Positions 11,857 through 25,755 are shown, numbered from the stretch's first letter. The stretch: DNA of 64,000 bases from Mobula hypostoma (GCF_963921235.1 NC_086108.1:75332001-75396000), one strand, 5' to 3'. Program-made: numbers and translations. Notes: a model not told the origin generated them from the sequence alone.

Positions 11857-14309
11857 ACTGATTATGAAGGATGTAGTATACAATGCACATAAATGTTGTG
11901 ACTTGTGTTAGAACTTCTAAGCTAAATAACGATAGTTAAATCAGAGAAACCATTAATCTGGACTTTGCAGGAGACGTGGGCAGCTCGCAGCTGATCTCTG
12001 GCATATGATTTCATTTACATTTTTCACAATCTCCATCAAGTAGTTCCTGACTTAACCATTTTTAAATTCAATTCCCTCAGCATATCTGCCAAGCGCAAGT
12101 TCTGTCCTGTGAAGAGGGAAAGGAGCAAAATACGGCAGAGAAACCTTCTGACCCAGCTTAGAGAACATAGCTTGGTTTAGCCCACTGTCGAAAGTATCAA
12201 AACCTCAATATTTTTGTACGAATGTGGTATTCCAGAAATATTCAATAACATTCCAAAATAATTACTATGTAAATGAACCATTAAAATTTGACAAAAATGG
12301 GAAAACAAAACATTCACATTACTTAAAACCTCCAGTAATAGTGAATTTTTAAAAAAAACATCTATAATTGTTGACATTTAATCTCTCCTTGCCATTCTCT
12401 ATCATTGAAATCAATGAGATAAACGTCTGTGTACCAGATTTCTTGAACTGGCTTCCCAATTGCCACATACTGCTGCTGGACCTGCTGCCACAAGATTCTA
12501 TCAAGAACAGCTGGCAAGAGGTTCAAGGCTCTCTCATCTGTGGGCGTTTACACTGAAATGCAGAACTTGTTGGCACTTTTACAAGTAAATGCCTTCAGTT
12601 TCATGTAGGACTTGCCAGCATTGCCTCACAAAATCCAGGCTATTGTTCACTAACTATTCTTTTATTCAGAAAGTCTGACCTGACAAAACATTTCAATTTG
12701 CTCTTTCGGATTTAGTTAGCACAGTATTTGGCATCTTATCCCACATCTGCCAGTCATGCACTGTTCTGCAGCTGTTGATTCCCTCTGTAACATTCATCCC
12801 AGATGATGCAATTGTTGCTTTGCAAAAGACCAACTGGATGAATAATCGTTACTATCATTCAAAAAGTAGATGTGATCTTGGCTCGATGCCTTATCTGCAG
12901 ATGGTGCTAAAATCAATTAAGCTGATATAAATCCGAGTCAAAGTAAAGCAGCAAATGCTTAAAACAAAATTTCAATACACATAAATCAACTTGGAGAAAT
13001 CAATTTAACCTTTATTTAGGTGCTACAAGGATAGATTTTGAGCTTCAGGCAGTCCGCCCATTTACCTCAGGATGTCGCTTTCCCCAACCATTGGCACTTC
13101 CTATTTTTACTGGCTGTGTGCCCAATTGGTGCATGTCATTGAACTCATACAGAATGCCAGCAGACAAGCAAAGAGCTTTGTAGAAAATGACTGCTGAACT
13201 AGACTGTTCCATGTTCACAGCATGCTACAATGTTCTTGTGGATGCCATGGAACGACCACTGTCCCTCCTGGCTCCACAGAAATGAAGTCAATAACATTGT
13301 TTCACCCACTTACTTCTAATTAATTGTTTAGGACAGGTGGTGAAGGACACTGACCCAAACCACACCTCCCGCAAAAAAAAACAGCCATCTTCAACCTTTG
13401 TATGTCATATTAAAAAAGGCCTACCATTACAAACAGACAGGCACTCCGACTAACTGCTGGAAAATCAGTTCCATAGTTGTGGTGGCCAGGGAGATGGGAA
13501 ATGATGGCAAATGATTAAAAGTAGTCCATAAATCACTGTTGCCTTCAATTTAAGTGATTTGAGTTAAAATAGACAATGTCAGTTGACAAACTGAATTTTT
13601 CATATCCAAAAAACTATGTTGCTCCACAAAATTTTTATATATGGCCAGTAATAAGTGAGAAATAGTTTTAATCGTACAAAGGAATCTAATACTGAGATGA
13701 TTATGTTCCTACTTTTGACATGCCTGTTAGAAAATTAATGTGCAAAATGAAATTACAAGGAGTCAAGCAACTCTCTGATGTCAAGGTAATAAAGATATGT
13801 CAAGCCTTCTTGTCCTTGTGCTAATTGGACACATGTGTTGCTTTACCAAACCATAATTTCACTGTTTTCCTATTTGTTTACTCTGCGTGATCAGAGGGTC
13901 TTTCCTTTCAGGGTCAGATCTATACCTTCACAATCCATCCCTTCAATCAGTCCAAGAGAGTTAAAAACTGTGCATCTTTCATTCTGTAAAGTTCACATTA
14001 ATTTTGTCTTTTCTTACTTTGGGAAGTGAGTTTATAATGTTCCAAAGAATATATTTTTCTTCCTGCTGCATTCCCAAAATAAATGTACTGCATTTGTCCA
14101 GACAAAGGGAGAGGCAAGCATCACCCATTTCATGAGCAGCAAAATGGTGCTAGTGAAACATGGCAATGCTTTAAGGCAGCTAACAATTCTACTAAATATA
14201 CTTTTTCGGGACGATGGTCACTGCAATCCACAGCCTGTAACTTCCTGTTTTTGAACCAACTGTATGACCTGGCATTTTTGTAGTCTTCTGAAGGATTCAT
14301 CAGGCTGGA

Positions 14310-14773
14310 CACTTGAGAGTGCAGGTGTGGCCATGGCAGCCCTTGCTGGAGCAGATGTGGGCCAGATTGAAGTGATGGGGTCTGTGCCCAAGAACAGATA
14401 ATAAACCAATGTTTGGTTGATTTAAGCACTCAGCTAGATTAAAAAGACTAAGGTTTTGAGGCCGAGGGCGAAGGGTGAACTGGTGTTCAGCTCACTATTC
14501 TATGAGGTTTTATTCACCTCAGTGCTGAACTGAATCCATGGCTGTGGACGTACTTTCAGGGACTGTGCAGTTCATGCACTGGGGATTGTTTATTTGTTTT
14601 TTTTTAATTATTGTTTGCATGCTCTGTTCTTCCTTTTTCACAAATTTGATGTTTGACTGTCATTGTGGCTCGAGGTTTTGTATTTCTTTCCTTTGTGGCT
14701 GCCTGTAAGAGATAAATCTCACGGTTGTATATGGTATACTGTACAATGATAATAAATGTACTTTGTGCTTTGA
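14310..14773 (+). mobile_element. Non-autonomous element with a Rex1-type 3' tail
   Basis: Tail aatctcacggttgtatatggt...gataataaatgtactttg resembles the tail at 5445-5503. Confidence 0.55.
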
Positions 14774-15089
14774 AGACTGTGAGAGCTGACAGTGCAGGAA
14801 GATTAATATTTCCACTAAAGTAGCTGACAAGGTGAACATCTTGCCCAGGGACTCCTAACATTTCGGACAGCCGAAGTAAAACTCAGTGTAAATTTAATTA
14901 ACAATTAGTAGAACCAAGTAAAATAAAGTCCTAGCAGAATAGTTGATGTTTTGAGTAGGAAACAAGATTATTTCAAATAATGTGGTCATTGGCAGACAAT
15001 ATATTATCATAGGCTATTGGTGGATGTAGTCAACCATTCCAACATTTTCTTCTCAGGGTCTCCACAATGTATTAACTTTTTAAAAAGAT

Positions 15090-15305
15090 TGGAAAGATTA
15101 ACTTTGTTTGTCCTATTAGCATCAAAATATACAGTGAAATGCATTGTTTGTCTCAAATCAAATCAGCAGGGATTGTGCTGGGAAGCCCACAAGCACTGCC
15201 ACACTTCCAGTGTCAATATAGCATGCCCACAACTCTCTAAATCTAATGATAAGTCTTTGGGATGTGGGAGGAAACTGGAACACCATAGGAAACCCATGCA
15301 GTCAT
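15090..15305 (-). mobile_element. Degraded V-SINE (HE1-like) fragment
   Basis: The reverse complement contains tgactgcatgggtttcctatggtgttccagtttcctcccacatcccaaagac, a V-domain-like sequence. Confidence 0.6.
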
Positions 15306-17849
15306 TTAGAACATGGGAGAGAGCCGGGCGATTTAATTTGCTTTGGATTTTTAGATATTGCTGCATTAATCCAGAGCACAAAAATAATGATTGAATAAGA
15401 AGTATATATTTGATGGTGGTTTGGTTCCGGAGCCCACATGAGACGTGGTGGAAGTACTAAGAGACTGCAAATGTGTCGTAGTTGTGCTCATCTTAATGTC
15501 GAACTGTTATCTGCCATTGGAAATCCATTGCCAGGGCCCTTCTTGATGGGCTCCTCCCTGCAGCTAAGAACTGCTGCCCAGATCACAGAGTGGATTCCGT
15601 TTATCTAATGACACAGTTAATATGATTGTTACCATACAGCAGTGCAGAAACAGTACCAGCTTGTTTTAAACTGAGTGAAGCCCGTGTCTCATTAAACAAG
15701 AAGGACTGTGAAACACCCCACTCTAAGTTAGTTGCTCACAGAAATTCATCTCCATTTTACAAATGCTCTATGACAGCATACAAGCCACAATACTAACCAA
15801 TGCATCAACAGCAGGACCAATCTTAGTGATGACTAGTGTAAAAAAAAAGCCTGTGGTATCAGTTTTTAGCAAGTATCAAATCAATTTCATTGTTTCTACT
15901 TTTGCCATTTCTCAAGCTTCAGGTTACAATTACTCTGCTTCTGTTCTAAACATCTCTGGCAAACTGTTTCCACAACATGCAACAGCTGCCTTTCTGGTCT
16001 TGCTCCACGTGCACAAGCGTATTAAACCTACTCACGTTAAATTTGAACCAAATGCCCCTTCTCATTTTCTCAACTTGCATTGAGCTTGTTGATGAATATT
16101 AGAAACATTCATAACTCAACAGACCTAGCCCATTACCATTATTCGTTTGACTTACTCTTACAACGGGTGCTTAGTGTTCATTATCTAAGTGTGTCATATC
16201 ATTTATTCTCAAGATTTGGAACCCTTACCATGCATTTATTTCACATTTCCCCAACATTAGGAAATCTCTAAACAGTACTAATAATAAGGATATCGGGGTG
16301 TGGTTTGATTATGTCCCTGTGGCAGTAATTCAGAAAATATGTAGCTCAGGAGGAAGTTTCTAACACAAAATCTATTCTTGAAAGTCCTTTAATTTAATAT
16401 TTAATAATATCAATAGTAGTATTCATATAATGTTAATAATAAAAATTAAAGTAATAATGTAAATAAGGAAGAGTCAACACATTATTTTTAATAACATTGT
16501 GGCAAGTTACATGGCTAAAATTCTCTTTACTACTTCTTTCTACAACACATTAGATTTATAAATTTATATGCCTGTACGTTGTGACAGAGTCAAAACAGAA
16601 AGATTTTTACTCCCTCATGTTGTAGGATGGATATAAGATTTAAATAAATTCAAATTTCAAATTCAATACATATCACAGCTTTTTTGAAAGGTGCAGTCTG
16701 CTGTAAATAACACATCAACATGGGGTTCATATTTCAATAAGTAAAGAATATAGATGCCAGGGCAAGAATGACATTTTGCCAGGGACAGTATACTCTATGG
16801 GATTGTAAACACAAAATAATCTGTAGATGCTGGGGATTAGCACTGCTCCAGCCAGAAACTTACATTAATGCATTTTAGCCACTTTTGTGCCACAGATAAC
16901 CGGTTGTAAGAAATTTTCATTGCCTACTAACCATTTCTTTACCTGAACTCCAAGTCATTGATCTCACAGGTATATGAGAATGTATGCTTTTGCATTTTTC
17001 ACACTTATTTTAGTACTCCTGCAAACACTATTTGACTACTTCAACAATATTTCTACTATCTTTCACTATGTTAAACTTTTCAACCGAGAAGGCACCAGCT
17101 GATTCTCCACCAGTCACAAATAAGCCCAAGATTTTTCAAGCCTAGATCTGATTAGGTAGGCAGCAAGTTGAAAAACGAAATGGAAGGTAGCTTGGTGAAC
17201 ATTACCTACAAAAAGGTCTGCTGGTTTGACAGTCTTCTAAGGCTTCTGAGTGGGGGTGGGGGGATTAGGGTTTGTAAGAGGCTGGCATAGCTGCATAGTC
17301 CATAACCTTTCTTCTTGTGGAGAAATCTCACTCCCACAAAGTTATTTCCCAGTTTACCTTCTCTACACTTCTGTAGTTTGTAGAGGTGATAAAGATTGCA
17401 TTGCTCAGACTGTAATCATTTCTGTCATGATGTGTCTATATCACAGCACCTCAACTGTCATGTTAAAAGAAGTTTTCTTGTTGAATGAGGTAGACATTTA
17501 GAATGCCCAGCAAAGGGCCCCCTTCAAGTTGGCAGCAGGACAAATCTGAAAGTTAACAAGGAAGTAGGGTCTCATGGGCCCCTCCTTATGTCTAATCTCA
17601 TCCAATTTTAACAAATGAACACTGAACGAGTGGAAGAAAAACTGCGCTTTGGTCCAAGTGAGGAGATCATGATAAACATTACTTGGTATTTTATATGTTA
17701 AAACTTGAAGAGAAAATGGAGGTAGAGTTACAGTCATAGTGTCACAGTCCACACAGCATAGAAAAAGGCCCTTCAGCCCATTGTCTCTTTGCCACTCTTG
17801 TACCCATCTAAACTAATTCAATTTACCTGCATTGTTTTCTGTTTCACAT

Positions 17850-18830
17850 GCCACTCTCCCTGCTTCAAACTGCTGTGCATTCCTTGATTAGTTACTCCTT
17901 CGTTCCATCCGTCCCTGTCCCTGTTCCTGTCCACTAGACCAATGACCTTTCAGGTCCACATCCATCCTTACGTCTTTCTTTCAGGTCTACTTGAATCCTC
18001 CCCCGCAGCCACTTACTGTTGCACATTCCTTGGTTTGTGCCTTTTTCATTTTAATGTACACTCTGCATGGGATGCTTACTCTCTCCCTTTCAGGTCAGTG
18101 TCCATATTGATGTTTTCCCTTCAGATAGAATGCATTCCTTGCAAACTTTTCCCATTCAGGTTTGCCTGAACCATACTCAGACTTCTCCATTTCAGGTTCA
18201 CTTGAGCATCACCATGCCAGGCCAGCACCCAGTTTGTCAGAACTCTTTAGGATCATCCTGCTGCCTCTATGCTTCTCCCTGCCTTCTGCCATCTCTCCCA
18301 TCATCAAAATCAATGTTCAGGTACATTCCTCTAAAAGGCATGTTCAGCATGCCATTTCTCTACTTCTGGCCATTTCTGGTAATTTCTCCCACTTATTTTC
18401 TTCTTTCTTTTTCCATTCACCATTTTGTCTTCCCTCATACCCTACTCTCTCCTCACCTGTTTATCACATCCCTCTGGTATCCTGCCTTCTTTCCTTTCTC
18501 CTACGGTCCACTGTCCTCTCCTATCAGATTCCTTCTCCTCCAGCCCTTCACCTTTTTCATATATCATCTCCTAGCTGTTTACTTCATATTGTACCCTATC
18601 CTCCTGGCTTCACTTATCAGTTTCTAGCTTGTGCTCCTTCCCCTTCTTCCCCCACCACCTTCTTATTCTGGCTTCTTCCCTCTTCCTTTCCAGTCCTGAT
18701 GCAGGGTCTCAGCCTGAAATGTCGACTGTTTATTCCCCTCCGTGTTCGCTGCCTGACCTGCTGAGTTCCTACAGCATTTTGTGCATATTGCTCTAGATTT
18801 CCAGCATCCACAGAATTTTTGTATTTATGT
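17850..18830 (+). mobile_element. Degraded Penelope-like element 3' half
   Basis: Decayed similarity to the PLE GIY-YIG region, followed by the shared pyrimidine-rich tail and terminal ttccagcatccacagaatttt. Confidence 0.7.
18691..18728 (+). ncRNA. Minimal hammerhead-like motif, mutated
   Basis: cagtc-ctgatgc-aggg-tctcag-cct-gaaa-tgtc-gactg. Confidence 0.65.
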
Positions 18831-20571
18831 TTTGGATATGTACAAATCTTTTGCTTGGTTATTCTCAGTCATCAGTATGATTTTCCCCCTTCCTTTGGTA
18901 AGCTCATATAGGCTTAATATGGGGTCTCTCTTTGATGTAAATTGTCAAAATTGGCAAGCAGTCAGAATTCATGGCTGTAAGTGAATTACATTTGCCCCAA
19001 AACATGATATCAGTTTTGGCAAAGAGTTAATTCACAAATTAAAGTTCCAACCTGACAGTCTGGACATCTGTGTTTCATTTATGAACCCAAGAGTCGCTGT
19101 GACCTAAGTATAGCATTTCTGCATCATACAGAAACTAAGACTAAGGCCCATAATTTATGCAATGAAAACTATGAGGAAAAGGACTATAGGTTACATTTTA
19201 AATTAATGAGACAGATTAGGTGCAAGTTCCTCATTAGGCAGTCCATTTTGAATAATAAAACCCAAATAAGGCTTGCTTTAATTCATTGATCTGAAGGTTG
19301 AGCTTAATTACCATTGGCATAAATTTTATGCAGCGACCACTTTTTTGGAAATTTAATTCCAATGCACAATTGACTATCTTAATGTAGCATGAATAAAATG
19401 AAAGTTGCTGTGCTGTAAAATATCTTTGCAAGACGCGGTGCCATTTTAACTCTCAGAATTCAGGGGCCCGTTCCTTGTGAGAATCTTCAACTGGTTAACT
19501 CTGTGGTTTAGTGTCAAAAGCATATTCATCTGTGGGCACAAATAACTTCTGAATTTCCAGATTTCTACCTACTGCTTGTGACTGGAAATATTGGTTGGGT
19601 ATAAAAGTGAATTTCATCAGTTATGAGCACTGTAATCCTCATGAGCTTTTGAAGTTAACTGGCATCAAGTGTTTAGGAGATAGAACAGGGAGTGTCTGTG
19701 AGGAGAGAAACTAAGGCAATGCCCCAGGTCAAGGTATTTATTTTGTTTCTCTTTCCACAGATGGTGCCTGACCTGCTAAGTGTTTCTCATGTTTTGTGTT
19801 TTATCTTTGGAATTGTGTTTTAGCTACCTACGATCATCACGTCAACATTGATGAATGTCCGGGATTGGTGACTGGCTGCATAGGAAAATATACTGAGAAC
19901 GTTACACCGCCAGGGTGAACTAGAAACCATGGTTGACTGCAGATGTTCATGCACTGCTTGAGATGCTGCCTTCAAATTGGGTGATAGGATGACTCTAAGG
20001 TCAGAGCTGCACTCTCTCGTGCCATCATAAGGGCAAAGCAAGAGTCCTCACAGAACATTAACAGGCACCTCTGTGGTATCAGGGACACACAGCACATGTG
20101 GCAAGGTAGACAGACTATAACAGATTACAAGCCCACTCTGCACCTCAATGAGAGTGATGCCTCCCTTCCTGATTGGCTGAATGACATCTTTACACAATTT
20201 GATGCAATGGATGATGGGATATCGAAAAAAGCCCCTTCTCCCCATGAGGAACAGGCACTCTGTCTGGCTGCAGCCAAGGTGAAGAGGATTTGAGCCACGG
20301 TAAACCCATGCGAAGCTGCGGAGCGGACAACATACCTGGTCAGGTGCTGAGAGACTGCATGGCCCAGCTTGAAGAGGTCTTAATATCGCTTGGTAACAGT
20401 CCACTGTCCCTGTCCCTGCAGGTTTCAAGGTAGCCACCATCATTCTGGTGCCCAAGAGTGCCATGGTAACTGGCCTAAACAATTACTGCCCAGTGGCACT
20501 GACTTCAACAATTATGCGGTGCTTTGAGTGTCTGGTAATGGATCATATCAGAATCCCACCTGCCAGCTACA

Positions 20572-21143
20572 CTTCCCATTTCCATTCCAATATGTCAATC
20601 CATGGTCTCCTCTACTGTCGCGATGAGGCCACACTCAGATTGGAAGGACACATCTTATATTCCATCTGGGTAGCCTCCAACCTAATGGCATGTATATTGA
20701 TTTCTCGAACTTCCGGTAATGTCCTCGCTCCCCACTTCACCATTCTCCATCCCCTTTTCCCTCTCTCACCTTATCTCCTTGCCTGATGGTCGCCTCCCTC
20801 AGGTGCTGCTCTTCCCTTTTCTTTCTTCCATGGCCTTCTGTCCTTTCCTATTAGATTCCCCCTTCTCCAGCCATGTATCTTTTTCACCAATCAACTTCCC
20901 AGCTCTTTTTTTCACCCCTCCCCCTCCTGGTTTCACCTATCACCTTGTGATTCTCCTTCTCCTCCCCCCACCTTTTTAATCTACTCCACATCTTGTTTTT
21001 CTCCAGTCCTGCTGAAGGGTCTTGGCCCAAGACTTCGACTGTACTCTTTTCCATAGAGGCTGCCTGGCCTGCTTGAGTTTCTCCAGCATTTGGTGTGTGT
21101 TGCTTGGATTTCCAGCATCAATATATTTTCTCTTGTTTGTGTT
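20572..21143 (+). mobile_element. Penelope-like 3' fragment with 9-bp TSD
   Basis: SHSNMSIHGLLYCRDEATLRLE motif plus tail. TSD ccagctaca at 20563-20571 and 21144-21152. Confidence 0.85.
21004..21041 (+). ncRNA. Minimal hammerhead-like motif, heavily mutated
   Basis: cagtc-ctgctga-aggg-tcttgg-ccc-aaga-cttc-gactg. Confidence 0.55.
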
Positions 21144-21580
21144 CCAGCTACAATGGACCCTTTCGAGTTCACCCACCGCTCAAGCTAGTGCACTAATGAT
21201 GCCATAACCTCCACCCTCCACTCCACCCTAGAAAATAATGTCTCGTATGCCAGGATATTGTTTATGGACTGCAGCTCAGTGCTTAACACGATCATCCCTC
21301 AGAGGCTTGTAAGTAAATTACCCTCATCAGGACTCGACACCCCTTTCTGTAAGTGGAATTTCATGATGGAGAGACCCCAGTCAGTCTGAGTTGGCAGCAA
21401 CATCTCAAGCTCCATCACGCTGAGCACTGGTGCTACCCAGCTCTGTGTGCTCATCCTGCTACTGACCCAGAACTGCACTGCTAGATCCCATTCAAACTGC
21501 AGCATCAAATTTGCTGATGATCCTGTGGTGGTTGGCCTCATCAGCAACATTGATAAGTAGCTGTCACCACGTTCGCATAT

Positions 21581-23090
21581 GAACATAGAACATAGAACAT
21601 AGGATAGTACAGCACAGTACAGGCCCTTCGGCCCACAATGTTGTGCCGACCCTCAAACCCTGCCTCCCATATAAGCCCCCACCTTAGATTCCTCCATATA
21701 CCTGTCTAGTAGTCTCTTAAACTTCACTAGTGTATCTGCCTCCACCACTGACTCAGGCAGTGCATTCCACGCACCAACCACTCTCTGAGTGAAAAACCTT
21801 CCTCTAATATCCCTCTTGAACTTCCCACCCCTTACCTTAAAGCCATGTCCTCTTGTATTGATCAGTGGTGCCCTGGGGAAGAGGCGCTGGCTATCCACTC
21901 TATCTATTCCTCTTATTATCTTGTACACCTCTATCATGTCTCCTCTCTTCCTCCTTCTCTCCAAAGAGTAAAGCCCTAGCTCCCTTAATCTCTGATCATA
22001 ATGCATACTTTCTAAACCAGGCAGGATCCTGGTAAATCTCCTCTGTACCCTTTCCAATGCTTCCACATCTTTCCTATAGTGAGGTGACCAGAACTGGACA
22101 CAATACTCCAAGTGTGGCCTAACCAGAGTTTTATAGAGCTGCATCATTACATCGCAACTCTTAAACCCTATCCCTCGACTTATGAAAGCTAACACCCCAT
22201 AAGCTTTCTTAACTACCCTATCCACCTGTGAGGCAACTTTCAGGGATCTGTGGACATGTACCCCAAGATCCCTCTGCTCCTCCACACTACCAAGTATCCT
22301 GCCATTTACTTTGTACTCTTCCTTGGAGTTTGTCCTTCCAAAGTGTACCACCTCACACTTCTCCGGGTTGAACTCCATCTGCCACTTCTCAGCCCACTTC
22401 TGCATCCTATCAATGTCTGTCTGCAATCTTTGACAATCCTCTACACTATCTACAACACCACCAACCTTTGTGTCGTCTGCAAACTTGCCAACCCACCCTT
22501 CTACCCCCACATCCAGGTCGTTAATAAAAATCACGAAAAGTAGAGGTCCCAGAACAGATCCTTGTGGGACACCACTAGTCACAATCCTCCAATCTGAATG
22601 TACTCCCTCTACCACCACCCTCTGCCTTCTGCGGGCAAGCCAATTCTGAATCCACCTGGCCAAACTTCCCTGGATCCCATGCCTTCTAACTTTCTGAGTA
22701 AGCCTACCGTGTGGAACCTTATCAAATGCCTTACTAAAATCCATATAGATCACATCCACTGCACTAGCCTCATCTATATGCCTGGTCACCTCCTCAAAGA
22801 ACTCTAATCAGGCTTGTTAGACACAATCTGCCCTTCACAAAGCCATGCTGACTATCCCTGATCAGACCATGATTCTCTAAATGCCTATAGATCCTATCTC
22901 TAAGAATCTTTTCCAACAGCTTTCCCACCACAGACGTAAGGCTCACTGGTCTATAATTACCCGGACTATCCCTATTGCCTTTTTTGAACAAGGGAACAAC
23001 ATTTGCCTCCCTCCAATCCTCCGGTACCATTCCGGTGGACAACGAGGACATAAAGATCCTAGCCAGAGGCTCAGCAATCTCTTCTCTCGC
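21581..23090 (-). mobile_element. Young 5'-truncated CR1 LINE (RT domain nearly intact)
   Basis: 378-aa open frame 21653-22789 with DFSKAFD, GVPQGSVLGP, FADD and RPHLEYC. The upstream frame (NYRPVSLTS, QHGFVKG) is joined by one frameshift near 22800. (catagaa)n tail at 21584-21601. Confidence 0.95.
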
Positions 23091-24036
23091 CCAAGAACTG
23101 CACTGGCCCAAGTGCTGAGCAAGACATTGAAGCAAGTTGATAGTTCACAGACTGTAAAGTTATCAGAGTTAGAGAGAAAAAGAAAACAATAAATGCTAGG
23201 CCAAACAGGGCCATTAACTAAAACTCTCAAATGGAAAATGAAGCCAACTCTATGGCTGAAAGGAATAACTAGATATAAAACAAATACCGCTAGTTTTCAG
23301 TCAGTTGACTTGACAGTCCAATTTCTCAGACAAGGCCAAATGCAAGCAGGCTGTGTTTTGCTCAAGTCTCAACAAGCACTATGATGAAAAGAATGGAGTT
23401 AAATACCATCATAATGAAATAATAATTAGCTGACGTGTGTATATTCACAAGCGCAATTGCACTATCTGCTGCGCTGCCAAATCTGTGGTTGTGACAGTGG
23501 GCATATGGAGAGGAGGTAGAGGGTGTGGGAACATTAACCTGAGTCTCAATGTGGACAACATAAAACAGATGATTGTGGACTTCAGGAAGGCGCAGGTCAC
23601 CCGATCTCCATTATACATCAGTGGCTCTGCCATGGAGAAAGTGGAAAGCACAAATTTCCTTGGTGTGCACATAACGGATGATTTAACCTGGAACCACAGC
23701 ACCACCTCATTAATCAAGAAGGCACAGCAGTATCTGCACTTTCTGAGGAGACTGAGGCATGCAAGGCTCCCCGGCCTCATCAAGAGTGTCTTCTCTGGCT
23801 GCATCATTCTGTTGTACAGATGTTCCTACTGCAAGACCCTACAGAGGATAGTAAAAACTGCTGAGCAGATCGCTGGGGTCTCCCTCCCTCCTATTTGTGA
23901 CATTTAACGGAAGTATTGTATACAAAGGGCCCGAAGCACTGTTGAAAATCCCTACCACGCATCCCACAATCTCTGTGACCCACCACCATCAGGAAGGAGG
24001 TACAGAAGCATCAGGACCAGGGTTTCCAGACTGGCC

Positions 24037-24206
24037 AACAGTTTTTCCTCAGGCTTTGAGACTATTGACTACCCTGCTGAGGTCACATCACTAGGTTAGC
24101 GAGCTGTTTACAGTTTACTGTAACAGTTTTTCCTCAGGCTTTGAGACTAATGAATACCCTGCTGACGTCACATCACTAGGTTAGCGAGCTGTTTACAGTT
24201 TACTGT
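24037..24206 (+). repeat. 85-bp tandem duplication in the Rex1 3' region
   Basis: 24037-24121 vs 24122-24206, 3 mismatches by eye. Confidence 0.9.
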
Positions 24207-24569
24207 TTACCTGTACCGCACACTAGCTGCACTTTGAATTATATATTATTTACTGATTTGTCAGAATATTTAGTCTTCTGTGCTGTGTGTGATATATGTT
24301 TCATGGCTGCACTTTGGTCTGGAGGAATATTGTTTTATTTGGCTGTGTAGACCTAGTCAGATAACAGAAAACTTCAACTTGAACTTGAAATCCAGCATCT
24401 GCAGCTGTTCACGTTTTGATAGGCGTGAGTATTTATTAGCTACGTATATAAATTAAATATGTTTCTGTGGATGTGTTAAATTTTATCCATATAAAATCAT
24501 AATCATCTTTGTGAAAATTGTTCCCATTTCCTTCCTCAGTCCTTCATTTCCCTGCTGTCAGAGGAAAAC

Positions 24570-25150
24570 TTAGACTGCAAGAAAGTGTAGTCAATATGGC
24601 AGAAAATAGAATGTAATCCAGAGAAGTATGAAGTAATACATTTGGGAAGGTAGAGGAAGGGAATGTCGAATAAATAGGAGATTACTAAGTAGTGTTGTAG
24701 TCGACATCCATCAATACTTAGAGCTAGTTCATGGCAATAAGGTAATTAGAAAGGCAAAGAGAGGCCAAGAGAGACAATGTAAGTACAGAAAAACAAACAC
24801 ACGTGAGAGGAATATTAAAATCTCTGAGCCTGAGTACAGTTTACAGTTCTGGTCACCACATTATAAGTAAGATATGTTTCACTGCAGAGGGAAAGAAGAC
24901 TTTTGGAGATTGTTGCTAGGCATGGAAAACTTCTGTTTTTGGAAGCATTGGATAAATTTAGTGTTGTTTTCGTTGAACTGAGGAGGCTGACAAAGTCTTG
25001 ATTAAAAGTGTATGGAAGGGCCTACTTCTCCTGAGTGACAGATCAATAAGCGAGAGCAAGAGGACTGGCAGCTGGATTAGAAGGGAGGTAAGAAAAACCA
25101 TTTTCAGGCAGAGGACAATATGGATCTCTGTCATATTTTGCAATGGTTCT
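24570..25150 (+). mobile_element. Old degraded CR1 fragment
   Basis: Remnants of KWQMEFNPEKCEV (atggcagaaaatagaatgtaatccagagaagtatgaagt) and QFWSPHY (cagttctggtcaccacattat). Confidence 0.7.
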
Positions 25151-25429
25151 AATATACTTGAAAATAAGACAATTGGTACTAGCTCCTTCTCTACCTTTCT
25201 CTTTGCCTAAATGCACGAATATGTCCATTGGTAAACATAATGCCCTCACCTCTGTACTTTACCCACAAATTACTTTCCATTATGATTTTTCCAGTAAGAC
25301 TGTGAACTCAGCAACTCTGTCATTCTCCATGCCCACCAAGATAAACACAGCAACAGTCATTATTTTGCTTGGTGCTTCAAATCTTCATTAATGATCTTTC
25401 CTTTCTGGTTGTCCCTTGGATCCTTTGAG

Positions 25430-25755
25430 GGCCCTCACAATCCAGGACATGCCCTCTACGTCCTGGTAGCCCCTGGGGATCTTGGCTGGCCCTCACTATC
25501 CGGGACAAACCCTATTCCCATGATTACCATCATGGAAGAGGTATAGGCGCCCGAAGCACACACTCAAAGTTTTAGGAACAGCTTATTCTCCTCCAATATC
25601 GGATTTCTAGACGACCCATGAGCCTACGATCATGACCTCACTATTCCTCTTTTGCACAATTCATTTATTTTATTTTTTATTGTAAATTATAGTAATTTGT
25701 TTTATGTCTTGCACTGCTCGACTGCCACAAAAACAATAAATTTCACAACATACAC
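25430..25755 (+). mobile_element. Degraded Rex1-type 3' end
   Basis: ttaccatcatggaagaggtatagg (LPSGRRY-like) and a ctgccacaaaaacaataaatttcacaacata tail. Confidence 0.6.

Larger units (their letters stand above)
19880..24390 (+). mobile_element. Rex1/Babar-type LINE RT region split by Penelope and CR1 insertions
   Basis: Colinear pieces: VPKSAMVTGLNNYCPVALTSTIMRCFE (20450-20530), DPFEF / FADD-like (21155-21550), KQMIVDFRK..FLGVHITDDLTW (23560-23700). Tail aacttcaacttgaacttgaa at ~24385. Confidence 0.8.

Noticed and set aside
15420..15600. Possible terminal exon (EEPIKKGPGNGFPMADNSSTLR*) on the minus strand
   Set aside because: Weak acceptor, all frames short, no recognisable protein.
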